Assembly (NCBI GenBank): GCA_028534125.1
Contig: CM052849.1
Span: 1,178,001-1,242,000 of the forward strand
Origin: Lama glama
Lineage: Eukaryota
Length of the DNA: 64,000 nucleotides
Reading direction: 5' to 3'
Made by a program: the position numbers and the translations under genes. Of this stretch, positions 26,931-42,899 are shown piece by piece; position 1 is the first letter of the stretch, and every line of letters starts with the position of its first letter. A model generated the notes under the pieces. It did no database searches. It had not been told where the DNA came from and was given only the letters and a program-made list of their open reading frames with translations.

Positions 26931-28880
26931 ATGTCTGTGCCGGTGGACCTGCCACTGTGTGGGGCCAAGCGCAGAGGCGCAGGACCCTGCGCTTTGTTTT
27001 CTTGGGGAGGAGGGGTCTTCTCGTGTCTGGCAGCTGAAATGAGGCTCATACCCCGAGGGGCTAGTCTTGGCCAGAAGGGTGTGTTCCTCCTGCTGCACCC
27101 CAACCTTCGCATCCCTTTTATCTTTTTTCCAGCAAAATTAGGAGAGGGGTTGTGGAAGGATTTTTATGCCAAGCAAATTGCTCTCATTTGGGGTCTTCCA
27201 GACTGTCCCCCGCTCCTGCCGTCAGCAGTTGCTCAGCCCTCAGCAGTCCTGCCCACCTACTCGTCCAGACTCAGCGTGCCCCTAGCGCTGAGCTGCTGGC
27301 TCCCTGTTCCCCAGGGAGAGATCTCTGGAAGCCGGTCCTGGTGGCTCTCCTCCCCCGCCACAGACACGTGCGGGTCTTACGTTACCTACGTCTCACTTCC
27401 TCTGACCCCCCACCTCTGTGAGGACCCGCTGTCCAGGCCCAGCTGCGCGCAGCCCTAGAGTGAGGCCGTTCCACCTCTGTGTCTTCAAAATCTCTGGATT
27501 TGGGTTTTTTCTTTCTTTGTTATGTGGTAACACGCGCTTGTCAGGGAGAAGGCAGAAGGCACGAGTTCAGTGAGAACAGCAGCCACCCAGGGCCCTGATT
27601 TCAGCGGCAGGCTCGCTGCGTCCTGTGGGGAGTCAAAGTGTGAGCAAGCCTACCGATCTGGTCCAGGGAAGGCCTGGGCTGTGGTTCCACGGAGATCCCC
27701 GGTTCGGGGCTCAAGTCTCTGCCCTGAAACAAGTGAACCAGGCCGCTGGCTCTGTGACACCCACAGTCCTCATGGCATCTCTGGCCCCTTTCACATACCC
27801 CGCAGTGATCCTCACAGATGGTTTAAAGTATGTCCAGAATCTGTCCCCAGCCCAGCTTCCCGTCTCCCCTCTCTTGGCCCCTCCACCTTCTCCACACGTG
27901 GAGGGAGTCCAGAAAACACAGGTCTGACAGGAGCCCTCCAGCGCCCACCCCTTCCAAATTGCTGCACAGCACGCTCACTCTTCCCAGCCCCTACTGCTGC
28001 TCGCCCCGGCAGACAGCAGCATCCACTCTGTGGGTGGGTTCTCACCGCCATGGACAGGGGTGTGGGGGGGGGCCCGTTCACACTCGTGCCTGGAGCCGGA
28101 GGGCAGTCGGGTCGAGGTGGCGACCAGGTCATAGGAGGAAGGGCGGACGAGCAACCTCTTCAGGTTGTCCCTTGCCCTCCACACATGACACGTGTGGCTG
28201 CAGGGCCTTGACCTCCTCTGAGCATGAACTGTCCTCCCTTCAGGGCCCCCAGTTGGCCTCTGCCTCTAGGCAGGAAGGCGGGCAGAGGGCACCACCTGCC
28301 CCGCTGTCTTCCTCAGGGCTCCCCTGCTGTCTTCCTCATGGCACTGCTGAGCGCCATAGCTCCCCCGCCATCAGGGAGCTGGGCCAGGGGACCTGTGATG
28401 GGGAAGGCTCTGTGGTCACCTCCCCGCAGGCGGTCTGGATGCCCTTGAAGGAGCTGCCAGTGTTGTCAGGCCAGCGAAGTTGCTCCCCTGCGAAGCCCTC
28501 AGCCGGGCTGGTGGGGTCACGAGGTCCATATTGGGTGGAGAGGCACTGGAGCCAGGATCCGGTGCTGCCCCCACCAGCCCGGAGGCCCTGGGCGGGTGAC
28601 CTCCTCTCTGGGAGCAGAGGAGCTTCCAGGACCATCAGGCAGGCTCAGCCAGGTGTGCTGTCACAGGTGGTCTGAGGGACACGGAATGCGGCCTGGCCCT
28701 GGTTCCAGAGTGGGCTTTTTGATATAAAAAAAAAAAGCCTGGGAAGCGGGCTCATCAGAAGACCTTGGGTGATCTCTTCCTTCTTGTACTTCCCTGGGTC
28801 CTCCGGATCGCGCTCTGGAGCCCAGGGCCCTTCTGCAGCGAACACGCAGTGCCCCCCACCCTGCCCCACCCCGCTGCTAG

Positions 28881-29444
<564 letters not shown>

Positions 29445-30644
29445 TAAGAGGCTCTCTTGGGGGTGGGGTCTGAGCTGCCGGCACCGTGGGCCCACTCCCC
29501 CAGGGTTTCCCATGGTTGGTTCTTCCTTCACTGGAGGCTGAGCCCCCAGTACATGCAGGGCCCCCGGCGACGAGGTCTGCATGTGATGACCTGGGACTGG
29601 TGATGGGGGCCGAGTGCTGACCTGATGGGAGCGCTGCAGGGAGGCGCTTCGCTCTGGGACCTCAGGGACCTGCCGGCTGGCTGGTGGGCAGCCTTTCTAC
29701 ATCGGTTGGGGGTGGGTGGCAGCAGCAGGACTCCGGTGACACAGTGGAGAGTGGAAAGCAGCCAGCCATGTGGCAGAGCTCGGTATGACAGCTCAGGCCA
29801 GGGGCCGGCGCACGTTACCCTCCAAGACGCAGACGGAAAACGTCCAGCAGTGTCATGCCATGTGCACGACACCGGCCGCACAGGAGAGGGCACTCACCCT
29901 CCAGGGGACGAGTGACCCACGGTCCTGAGATCGGGTGCCCTGGTCAGAGGCACTGTGGACACAGCAGGGAGGGGCCGGCCTGGTGTGGGGAGGGGTCTGC
30001 AGGTATCTGGAGGGTCGGAGGGAAGGAGGTCGAGGGGCCCCCGTTGGGGGGGTGCCGCTCCCCCTGCCTGAGCTCTGGACCTTGTTCCTGCAGCCTGCTG
30101 GGAGCCCGCTGGCCATGCTTCTCAAACTACAGAGGAGTGCACGTTCTCTTTGCCCTAATTTGCAGCCTGTCACAGAGCTATACTTTCACAAAATGTAATG
30201 GAAACGGGTTAGTGGAAGAGGGTGGGCACTGGATGGCCACGGCCAGGTGAGGTTGCCATGGGAACGAGCAGGGGCCCTCTCAGACCCCAGACCAACACGT
30301 CTGCAGGCTATAGAGTAGCTCTATCTTGCAGAAACCAGGTAAATTGTCTTCCTTTGAGCATGAATTAAACGTCTACCTTTGTAGCACCAGTAGGTGACTG
30401 CACCCCAGGGAGTGGTTTGCAGGTAGTTTGAGACTGAAGCTTGCGGCCAAGGCACGTTCACACACGTGTCATTTTCCCCCACAAAAGTGAAGGTTTAAAC
30501 CTTTTCCTAAGACATCGGGTACAACAGTCTGAGCAGTGGCCACCCGGCTGATGCCCCCGCCCTGGCAGGAGAGTCTACCATGCGGACGCGGGCCCTGAGC
30601 ACTGGGAGAGCCCGGCCCCCAGACTCACCCGGCCTCCCCCACAG

Positions 30645-30752
30645 GCTGCTGACCCTCGGGCTGTCCCTCCTGCATGCGGACGTGCTCCCCAATGCTACCA
30701 CCCGCAACGTGCTCCGGGAGAAGGTCTACTCCACCGCCTTCGACTACTTCAG
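30645..30752 (+). CDS. PI4KA: PI4KA exon 35
   Basis: [39 protein letters not shown] flanks. Confidence 0.95.
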
Positions 30753-30898
30753 GTGCCCAGCCCCCTGCAGCCCGGCGCCTCCATGAGACACGGTCACATT
30801 TCCCCATGGCTCAGCTGACTCCAGAGAACAGACTGGAGGCGGCACGGGGGACCCCGCATCCCTGCCGCCAAGCAGGGGCAGCTGAGAGCTGTGGATGA

Positions 30899-31231
<333 letters not shown>

Positions 31232-32068
31232 TAAAGGAGCCAGGAGGGCCCTACTGAGTTCCCGGCTTGGCCAGAGGCCCGTGCCCGGCTGGTTGCCTCT
31301 CCTCTGGCCCCACTGAGAAGCACAAGTGTGCACGGGGCTCCGAGCAGATGCCCCCGGCGTGACCTCCCCAGCACCAGCTCATGGCACAGGCACCCCCTGT
31401 ATGCCCGACAGCTGGCACCAGGTGGAGGCCCAAGTGCCGGCAGGAGTAAGGCATGGTCCACTGTCACCAGGTGGGGGCCAGTCTAGTCCGCTGGTGATCC
31501 CAACGTGGAGGGTCACGAGAGCATCCTTCGGCTTGCCTGCAGGGGTAGGGAATGAGGGACAGTTCTCTAGAGGCAGTGACGTGTGAGCTGCATCCCCGAG
31601 ACTGAAGGGTGGACAGGGTCAGTGAGCAGGCCACAGCCCTCCTGAAGGAAGCCACGTTCTCGTTTCTCCAAGCACAGAACTGGTCAGGCATCCAAGTTAG
31701 AGGTGCCAAGTGGGGTCTCTGCAGGCAGACCCCCCAGCAGACAGCCTGACCCCCGGGAAAGGAAAGAAGCAGACACAGTGACTTCCTGAGTCAGCCTCCT
31801 GGCTCCACTTGGAACTGGGCAGCCCTTACCCCGGCCCCCGTGGGCCCCCAAGTGAGCGCCGAGTTGGAGGACATCTGGGGCTGGCAGTGCCACGGTTCAG
31901 GGCAGTGCCTCAGTCTTGCTCTGCTCCGGGGCTCGGCGGACTGTAAGGAACCTTAGAAAGCTTCCATCTGGAACGGTTCATGAGGAACTTGCAAGACACC
32001 TGGCTTGTCCCTGGAAGCTGTCACCAGCCATCTCAGCGGCCCTGCTCCCCTATGGCTGCCTTGCCTGA

Positions 32069-32741
<673 letters not shown>

Positions 32742-33584
32742 TGATGAGGGTCTGGCCAGGGTCCAGTGCAAGTGCCTGGGGTGGGAAGAGGGTGACGTGA
32801 CACCCCCAAGGATGATCAAGGCAGCCATCTTTAACTCTGGACCTTTGCCCAGTCCTTCTGTGCAGTGGTGGGGGCCATCAGCCAGGGGCCCAGCATCCCG
32901 GAGCCTGAGGAGGTAACGTCAGGGCACACTCGGGGCCTCCATCTTACTCGATGAGGAAAGGACAACCCAGGAGGCCGTCCCTCCAGGAGGCAGGCCTGGG
33001 GAAGCTTTGAGTTAGTTTCTGGCTGTCGTCTTTAAGCAGGAGGCTCCTTGGAGGGGGCGGCAGGCAGCAGTGTTCCATGAGCTCTCCCGTGGCAGCTCTT
33101 GCAGGGACAGAACTCAGACTGATGGTTGCTGAGGGGCCCCTGTGCTAAATCCCACCAGAGAGACACTGTCCACCCCGTGTGAATACGTCCAGGGTGGTCT
33201 TTCTTCCCTGTGAGCCCACTCTGCCTACGTAGTCCTAAGTCTGTCCCCTGGACAGGACCGTGGCCTGCCAGGGGTTACCCAGCACCTACCTGGTCTTAGC
33301 CTGGACAGTAACATGTGACAGCTCGCACCCGCCCTCCCTCCTGCTGAGGTGCTTCTGGCCCACAGGCTGCCACGCTGTGGGTGTGGTGCTTTGGGGGCCA
33401 GGCCGAGGAGGAGTTCCAGGGAGTTGTGGCTTTGTCATAGCTGAGCACAGTAAACTCTCATGTTCGGGTGACCCATGTCCATAGCTAGAGTGTCACCTGG
33501 TACTGACCTGCGTCTCTCAGTTCAGGGCTTGCCTGGCGCCCTGTCTTCCGTGGAGGCAGTGGCGAGCCGTGTCTGTGCCTGCAG

Positions 33585-33675
33585 GTTCAAGAACACAGAG
33601 GCCATCGGCAACGAGGTGACCCGCCTGGTCCGCTTGGACCCTGGAGCTGTCAGTGACATCCCCGAAGCCATCAAG
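33585..33675 (+). CDS. PI4KA: PI4KA exon 40
   Basis: [34 protein letters not shown] flanks. Confidence 0.95.
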
Positions 33676-33995
33676 GTAACATGGCAGGTGGTGCGCGGGC
33701 CTGGCCCTGGGCGCTCAGGCACAGAATGCCTTTGGGGACGCCTGGAAGGTGGCTGAAGCTGCCAACCCCAGTGCTTCCATAAGCCCCAGTTTCCCAGGCC
33801 ATCCGCTCCTCACTTGAACGTTGACTCCGTTCACTATAGAAAAGCGCTGAACGTATCTCAGCTCTTGAAGTCACACTGTTGTACGTGATATGTCAGAAGC
33901 CATCACGAGGGCTTCTCGTCATCCCTCTTTGGGGCCGTCCTACGAGGCAGGGGGGCCGGGGACCGCCCGCCCCAGCCTGTCCCGCTTCCTCCCAG

Positions 33996-34163
33996 TTCCT
34001 GGTCACCTGGCACACCATCGACGCCGACGCACCTGAGCTCAGCCACGTGCTGTGCTGGGCACCCGCTGACCCGCCCACCGGCCTGTCCTACTTCTCCAGC
34101 ATGTACCCGCCGCACCCGCTGACCGCGCAGTACGGGGTCAAGGTCCTGCGCTCCTTCCCGCCG
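33996..34163 (+). CDS. PI4KA: PI4KA exon 41
   Basis: [23 protein letters not shown]...VLRSFPP|gtgag (PIK helical domain). Confidence 0.95.
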
Positions 34164-34724
34164 GTGAGCTGCCTGCTGGGTGGGCCTGGGGGCTGCTCCC
34201 CACGCAGAACTCAGTCCCTCTCAGAGCACCCCTTCACCCCCACATCTTCAGGGAGTCGGGGAAGGTGGACTTAGTTCTGATTCAGACATGTTTAGCTTCA
34301 GCTAGGGGTCTGGGTTTAGAAGGGGAGTTTACCTGAGTTTGGTTCAGTGGGGGGTGTGGGCACATGGCCCAGGGACCCCATGTAGCAGCCATAGGTTCTA
34401 GGACATCCTGAGGTCTGGGTCGGGCTAGCCTCACAAGCAGTCTGCAGTACCCTCCACCCTGACTCCGCAGGCCCGGCAGTGAGCACACGGGCCCCCTGCT
34501 CCTGGTGGGCGTGAGGGAGCCTGCCCCTCCCACTTTTCCCACCAATCCTGTGCTCCAGTCTGTTAGCTGTTTTCCTGGCCATCCTGGGGCTTTTCCCCAC
34601 TTCTCAGTCCCCCATGGGCAGAGTGACAGCAGGGCCATTCTGATGGGGTGGGTCCCGAGACCTCCGTCCATAGAGCTGTTCTTGCCTCTCCTGGAGTCAC
34701 AGCTGCTCCCCCTCCTCCCTGCAG

Positions 34725-34778
34725 GACGCCATCCTGTTCTACATCCCCCAGATCGTGCAGGCCCTCCGCTATGACAAG
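34725..34778 (+). CDS. PI4KA: PI4KA exon 42
   Basis: DAILFYIPQIVQALRYDK|gtaag. Confidence 0.95.
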
Positions 34779-35399
34779 GTAAGCTGTGCTTAGGAGGCGG
34801 GAGAGGTGGGAGGGGCGGGGCCACCCTGTGTCCTGGCTGAGCCTCCATGTGTTCCCTAGCCTGGAGGCTCTGCACTGCAGGCTGAATGTTCGTGGTTCAT
34901 CTTTAGATCCATTTGCTGGGTTAGAACTGGGTTATTTGAAGTTTGATGAGTATGGGAAGCCCACCCACCCAGGTTGAGGGCCTCTGTCCAAGGGCTGTTC
35001 TACCAAGTGGGCCCACAAACCACTGAGGGGAGGGAGAGGCTACCCCCGCAGGAGTCTTCCAGAAAGGACAGCTGCCTTTTTAACCTGGAACATGGGAGTT
35101 CAAGCAGTCAGGAGTGGCAGCGAAGAGGTCCTCAGGGGCTGGAGTCGCGCCCCCAGCAGGGAAGTGGGGTTTTCTGGAAGCCAACCCCCTCACTCTGCAG
35201 TGTCTCTCACAGCAGCTCACAGACGAGCATCCGGGGCCCGCCTGCCCCTCCTCAGGCTTGACAACAGCAGAAATCAGTTAGGGTTAGGGAAGAGGACTGA
35301 GGAAGCAGAGCTGGCAGATGCCTGCGTTAACACAGACCCCACGGCCAGAAGCCGCTGGGCCCCTGAGCGCCAGGAGTCAGTGCCTGCAGCGGTCAGTGA

Positions 35400-35609
<210 letters not shown>

Positions 35610-35883
35610 TAACCCCGTCCCAGGTTGCCCGTGGTCCCTCCGCCTTGCGTAACGGGTGCAGGGCAGCCCTCCAGACACCTTGTCTGGCGCTGTGCCCCTG
35701 CGGCTCCGTCCAGCAGCTCCTGGCCAGTCACCCCTCGCCTGACCCTGCCGTCCACGTTGGGACGAGACGGCCCAGGACCCCTCATGCCCTTAAAAAGCAC
35801 GGAGACCTTCAAAGAGCTTGGGTTTCTATGGATTTTGTCTGTCTGGGCCCATGAATGTTAGCAATTAAAACTGAGACATTTGA

Positions 35884-35975
35884 GGGAGAGGAGGATGTAG
35901 CTCAGTGGTAGAGGGCATGCTTAGCATGCATGGGTCCTGGGTTCGATCCCCAGTCCCTCCTCTTAAAAAAAAAAT
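35884..35975 (+). mobile_element. tRNA-derived SINE (Vic-1-like)
   Basis: gtagctcagtggtagag...gggttcgatccccag followed by polyA. Confidence 0.85.
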
Positions 35976-36737
35976 ACGTTTAAAAACATAAACCCGTTAC
36001 ACGTAAACATCAATAATATACTTTTTTTAATAAAAATTTAACTTTTAAAGAAATTAGCAAGAGAGGTGGCATGACGGCCTTCTGGTTTGGCAGACCCATG
36101 AGCGTCTGCAGGAGACGACAGGGGCCTCCCTCTCTCCTGCGGTCCATCAGCCGTAACACAATGTGGCTGCGGTGACCACAGGAGACTGGGCCTCGCAGAT
36201 GTGTAGCTGGAGGAGGGAGGGGCACTCTGGTGGTGCCGGGTGCTCCCTGCGGGCACCTGCCAGGACCCTAGCACCCCAGCACTCAGGGAAGGGGCTGTGC
36301 CCATCCCGTGTCCACATGGCTCATGACCCAGACTTTAAGGTCATGTCTGCAGCGCGCTGGAAGTGTCCCCGACAGAAATGCTTCTAGCTGTTGGGAAACT
36401 GTCGGGCAGTCTGTCGAGTGTTCCAAGATTGTGCGGTTGTTTCCTGAAGTGGCAGATTGATTTAGTTCATTTTCAAGAGAGCACGTGCTGTGTGCCAAGT
36501 GTGAGGTTGGTGCCCCCCTGGTCGTTCTTCTAGGGGAGGTGCTGCTCCCCTGGCAGGGGGCAGGGCACACCAGGGGCGTTCCTGGTGCTTCACTCAGAGC
36601 AGTGAAAAAACGCCAGTGGTGTTAGTAAGCTTCAAGGACACGCTTCAGCAACACCGACTTTCGTCCTCACCGAGAGCAGAGCCAAGAGCGTCCGGGACTC
36701 GGGTGACAGGCATCAGCACAGTGAGGAAGGCGGATGA

Positions 36738-36986
<249 letters not shown>

Positions 36987-37589
36987 TGACTTGTGGGAAC
37001 TGGCTGGGGAGCTTTACAGACTGGGGCCCAGACCCTGCCGTGGCTGCTTCTGAGGGCCGGCAGGACCCAGGGCTCCTGAGAGCAGACAGACGCACCACAT
37101 CCAAGCTCCTCTCCGGTCTGGTTCCAGCCTGAGGCCACTCTGCCCTCCAGGTTCCCAGGGTCCCAGTGGTATGAGGAAAACCCGCCTCCTCTGCAGCCCC
37201 CACGGTCCCTCCACTGAGTCACCTCCTGCCCCCCACCCATGTGGAGCTGACACTGTTCTTGGACACCTTGGCCCTGGGTCACCCTCCTCCAGGTGCCCGG
37301 TCCCCTGCATTGTCCCCAGTATTCAGGCGTCTCGCACCTTGGTCACCACGGGGCTCCGTCATGTCCAAGCAGAGTGGTGATGCAGCAGCAGAGTGAGGGT
37401 AGGGGGAGAGACAATTCCATGTCACCTCTCCTCGTCCCGGGGTGCAGGGTCTGGGGCACCTGACATCATGAGCCAGGGAGCACCTCCAGGCCAGGCGGCC
37501 AGCTTCCCACCAGGACAGGGGTCTGTCGGACAGGAGGGCCTGGCCGACCCATAGAAGCCTGGAGACCAGCGTCCTGTCCTGTTTCTCAG

Positions 37590-37660
37590 GCCCTACCCTA
37601 AAGGCGATGAGAGGAAGAGGGCGTGCCTATCAGCTCTGTCTGAGGTCAAGGTGCAGCCTG
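37590..37660 (+). CDS. PI4KA: PI4KA exon 45
   Basis: [23 protein letters not shown]|gtgag. Confidence 0.95.
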
Positions 37661-37784
37661 GTGAGCACGGCTCGGGCCCGGGGTGGGGGGGCTTGGGCAC
37701 CTGTGTCCAGAACCACCCCCAGCCAGTGGTCACTCTGGGTCCTCCGGCCTACTGCTATTTCTCTGAAGAGGACAGATCCCCTGA

Positions 37785-38141
<357 letters not shown>

Positions 38142-38889
38142 TAGCACGTCCAGGGTGTCAGCAGCTCCCCAGCGAGGATGATGGCCTCCACTCACGCAGT
38201 CTGATCCTTTGCGGGTGGCAGGCCCGTGTGCAGTGCTGGAGGCCCCAGGGGAAAACTGGTTTGCTTGGCCACAGTGCCAGGAACTGCAGGCTGCATAGCC
38301 TCTGCAGCAGCAGCAGACTCCTGCCCGGTCACAGAGGCCCAGGTGTCAGCAGGGCCACCCCCTCCAAGCGCACGGGGTCAGGGTCCTTCCAGCCTGTGTG
38401 TGGAGGGCGGTGCTTGGTTCCTCAGCTCGTGGCTCTATCACCCCAGCCTCTGCCTGCATCCGAATTCCGGTTGTCTGATAAGGGCTGGTCACTGCAGCAG
38501 GGCCCACCCGCCCCAGCGTGGCCTTGGTCGTGGTCACCTTGTGCAGTTTGGGTGGGCATGACTGGGGAGGGCAGCAGTCCAGGGGGTGTTGCCCCGGTCC
38601 TCCTGGGCATCCCAGGGTGCAGACACGCCGTTGCCCCCCGACAGTGCCCAGGCACACCTGGGTCCTCGCTCCAGTGAGAAGGGTCTCTGTCCCTGACTGT
38701 CCTCAGGAAGAGACCCTGGCCCTGCGGCTCCACCCACTGACCCAAGCATTTGCTGAGCCCTCACTGGCCTCCTTGGGGCTTTGCAGAGACGATCCCTAAA
38801 GGTCCCTGGGCCCCCTTCAGGCAAATGAGCAGGGCTCGTCCCTGGCCCCCTCACCACCCCCAAAGCTAACGGGCAGCCTCTCCCTGCAG

Positions 38890-38996
38890 GTCTGCGGTGC
38901 CGCCCAGACTCCGAAGATGAGGGCCATGTGCAGGAGGCCGACGGCCAGATCTCCTGGCAGGCGGCCATCTTCAAAGTGGGCGACGACTGCCGACAG
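38890..38996 (+). CDS. PI4KA: PI4KA exon 48
   Basis: [36 protein letters not shown] (catalytic Lys region). Confidence 0.95.
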
Positions 38997-39143
38997 GTAG
39001 GGGAACAGGGGTAGGGGCTCAATGAGGAGGGCAGGCTGGGGGGGCTGCCCATCTCTCTACGAGGCTCCAGGCGCACTTCTCACTTGAATCTCATGCAGAA
39101 ACAGGAATCTTTGATCCCATTTGGTTCAGGTGCCTCAGAGTAA

Positions 39144-40213
<1,070 letters not shown>

Positions 40214-40477
40214 TGAGCCGTCAGTCTGCTCTTCCAGCAAGGCCCGCCCACCTGCCCCTCAGAACCCTTGGGGGTCACGCCAGGCCCTTGGGGGACGAGG
40301 ACATGGGAGGCCACCCGAGGGCTCGCCTTCCTGCCACATTTCTGTGCCTGTGCATGTGCCAGGCTAGGCCTTGCCTGCCAATACCTCAGGTCTCTCTGAG
40401 CACCTACCTGGCCCCTCGCCCCAGCCTGAGCCCCTGCAGCCCCAGGCTGCACTCCAGGGCCTCCAGTCCCAGCCTAA

Positions 40478-40798
<321 letters not shown>

Positions 40799-41288
40799 TA
40801 AGTACCGGGCCAGCCCGCAGGCCACTTGGGGGCAGCTGTCCCCGCGAGACGCCAGCCTCTCAAGCACTGGTAACGGTGACTGGGGGCTGTCCTTGGGGCC
40901 TGGCACAGACGGGCCTGGGTGAGGTGCTGTCACCAGGCCTCCCATTTGTTAGGTGCCCGGGCTTCTGCACCACGGCTGCAGCCCTACCCTAGAGCCCCAC
41001 GTTTCTCAGGGACGCAGTGTCTGCGTCTGGGCCACTCGGCCTGGGGGAGCTGAGAAGGGGCTGGAGCCCTCTAGGCCAGCTGGGCACAGCATCCCCACCA
41101 GCAGCCAGGCCTGGCCCTCACAACACTGAGCCCAGAGGGTGCCCTCCCAGGGCCTGACCCTCAGCTGAACAAATTCCTGCAAACAGAGTGCAGCCCACAG
41201 GCCAGACCACGTCCCTCAGAAAGGGCAGCCTGGAGGGACCCCTGGGTGGAGGGGGTGAGGGGGTCCTGACACGGCCCTTCCCTGCCAG

Positions 41289-41372
41289 GCACAGGTTCAG
41301 CCCCAACATGACGGAGCGAGAGGCTGCGAACTTCATCTTGAAGGTCATTCAGAGCTGCTTCCTCAGCAACAG
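41289..41372 (+). CDS. PI4KA: PI4KA exon 54 (GC donor)
   Basis: [27 protein letters not shown] then AG|gcgagt. Confidence 0.93.
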
Positions 41373-42133
41373 GCGAGTCACCCGCCCCGTCCTCCCTTCC
41401 CGTTACCTGCCTTCACCAGGGCCACACCTGGGCCGGGTGATAGGGTGCTGCTGCCCCGCGAGTACTTGGACTAAGTGCCCTGAAGGGAGTCCCACAGAGC
41501 CGCAGAGCGCTGGCCTAGAGGGGGCTGAGGCCTGAGTCCAGGACCAGTGCCCTCCCTGCTGAGCTGGGAGGCCCAGGGTCTCCTGCCCGCTTCAGCTGCT
41601 GTGGGGAGGATGGCAGGACAGCCCCCGTTCTGAGTGCCGAGGGGGACCTGGAGTTTTCAAGGATGAAAAACTGGGCGGATGTGATTCTAGCAGATGGGCA
41701 AGGGAGGCCGCCCTCATGGGAGTCAAGGCCCTGGGAGGTGCAGCGGCTCCAGGCCTGCACCCTGGGGACCGGCACTGGCCCTGCTAGGAGGACTCAGGAG
41801 GCCGGCCTCCCCGGATGGTTCTGCTGGTGAAGGGAGGCAGGCGTGTGACAGGGTGGAGGGGCACAGTGACTAGGGGGTAGGGGGTCCTACAGAGGGGCCC
41901 CAGGACCAAGGGGGAAGACTGCCCACGTGTGGGGCCCACTGAGCAAGCAGGAGACAGGGCAGCCATGGGTGAGGGAGCGTCCCCGAGAGAGGAGGGCTGG
42001 CAGGGTGGACAAAGGTCTGTGATTCTGCCCTTGGCCCCCAGGGAGGGCAGCGGGGAGACACCCAAGGCCCAGGAGTGAGGGGCCACAGGCCAGCCCCTGC
42101 CCCTTACAGCCCTGTTCCCTCCCCGCCTCCCAG

Positions 42134-42185
42134 GAGCCGCACCTACGACATGATCCAGTACTATCAGAACGACATCCCTTACTGA
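42134..42185 (+). CDS. PI4KA: PI4KA exon 55, terminal coding part
   Basis: SRTYDMIQYYQNDIPY*. Confidence 0.96.
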
Positions 42186-42450
42186 GCCCACAGACCAGGC
42201 GCCACGCGCAGCTGACCTCCCAGCCTGGGACACGCGGGACCATGCCCTGCAGAGCCTGGTGGCCCGCCGCCTCCCCCGGTGTCGCCCACGCATGGCCGGG
42301 ACGACAATCAGGGCCGGGCTCTGCTCGGATGTGATGATTTTTGCACTGGACACATTCCCTACCGGTCTCATTTCAGAGGTACATGAAGTATTTTCTTGTG
42401 TATAAAAAACAAAAATTATATTCAACTTAAGATTCAACCAACGTGAGTGA

Positions 42451-42456
42451 AATAAA
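42451..42456 (+). terminator. PI4KA: PI4KA polyadenylation signal
   Basis: AATAAA about 265 nt after the stop, followed by GT-rich gcgttttgtgtc. Confidence 0.85.
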
Positions 42457-42899
42457 AACAAAAAACCCGCTGCGTTTTGTGTCGACTCCTCAATGCACAT
42501 CCAGCCGAGGGGTGATTCCTGGACAGGCTGCGGGCAGTGGGTCGGGGCCAGGGCGCCTCAGCCTGGCCCAAGGGGCCCAGAGTATGTGCGTCTTCCCTGA
42601 ACGCGCTCAGGCTCCGTCCGCCCGTCTCCTCCCCTCCAAGTCGGCTCCAGGGTCCCACCCACCGCCACCAGCCAAGGACCCGGAGCTAAAGACGCGATGA
42701 CACAGAACATCTAGCAGTGAGGCGCCTGGAGTTGGGTCAACAGCAGGTGTGACGCAGGTGAGGAAGCGAGTCAGTGAAGGTCTGAACCAAGAGCAGAGTG
42801 TGAAGGAGAAGAAGGTGAGTGAGTCGCTCCAGGCACCCGGTGGGGCTCCAGAGTCGGCGACAGACACACTCAGCTTCCGCAAGTGCAGCGTGTATAAAC

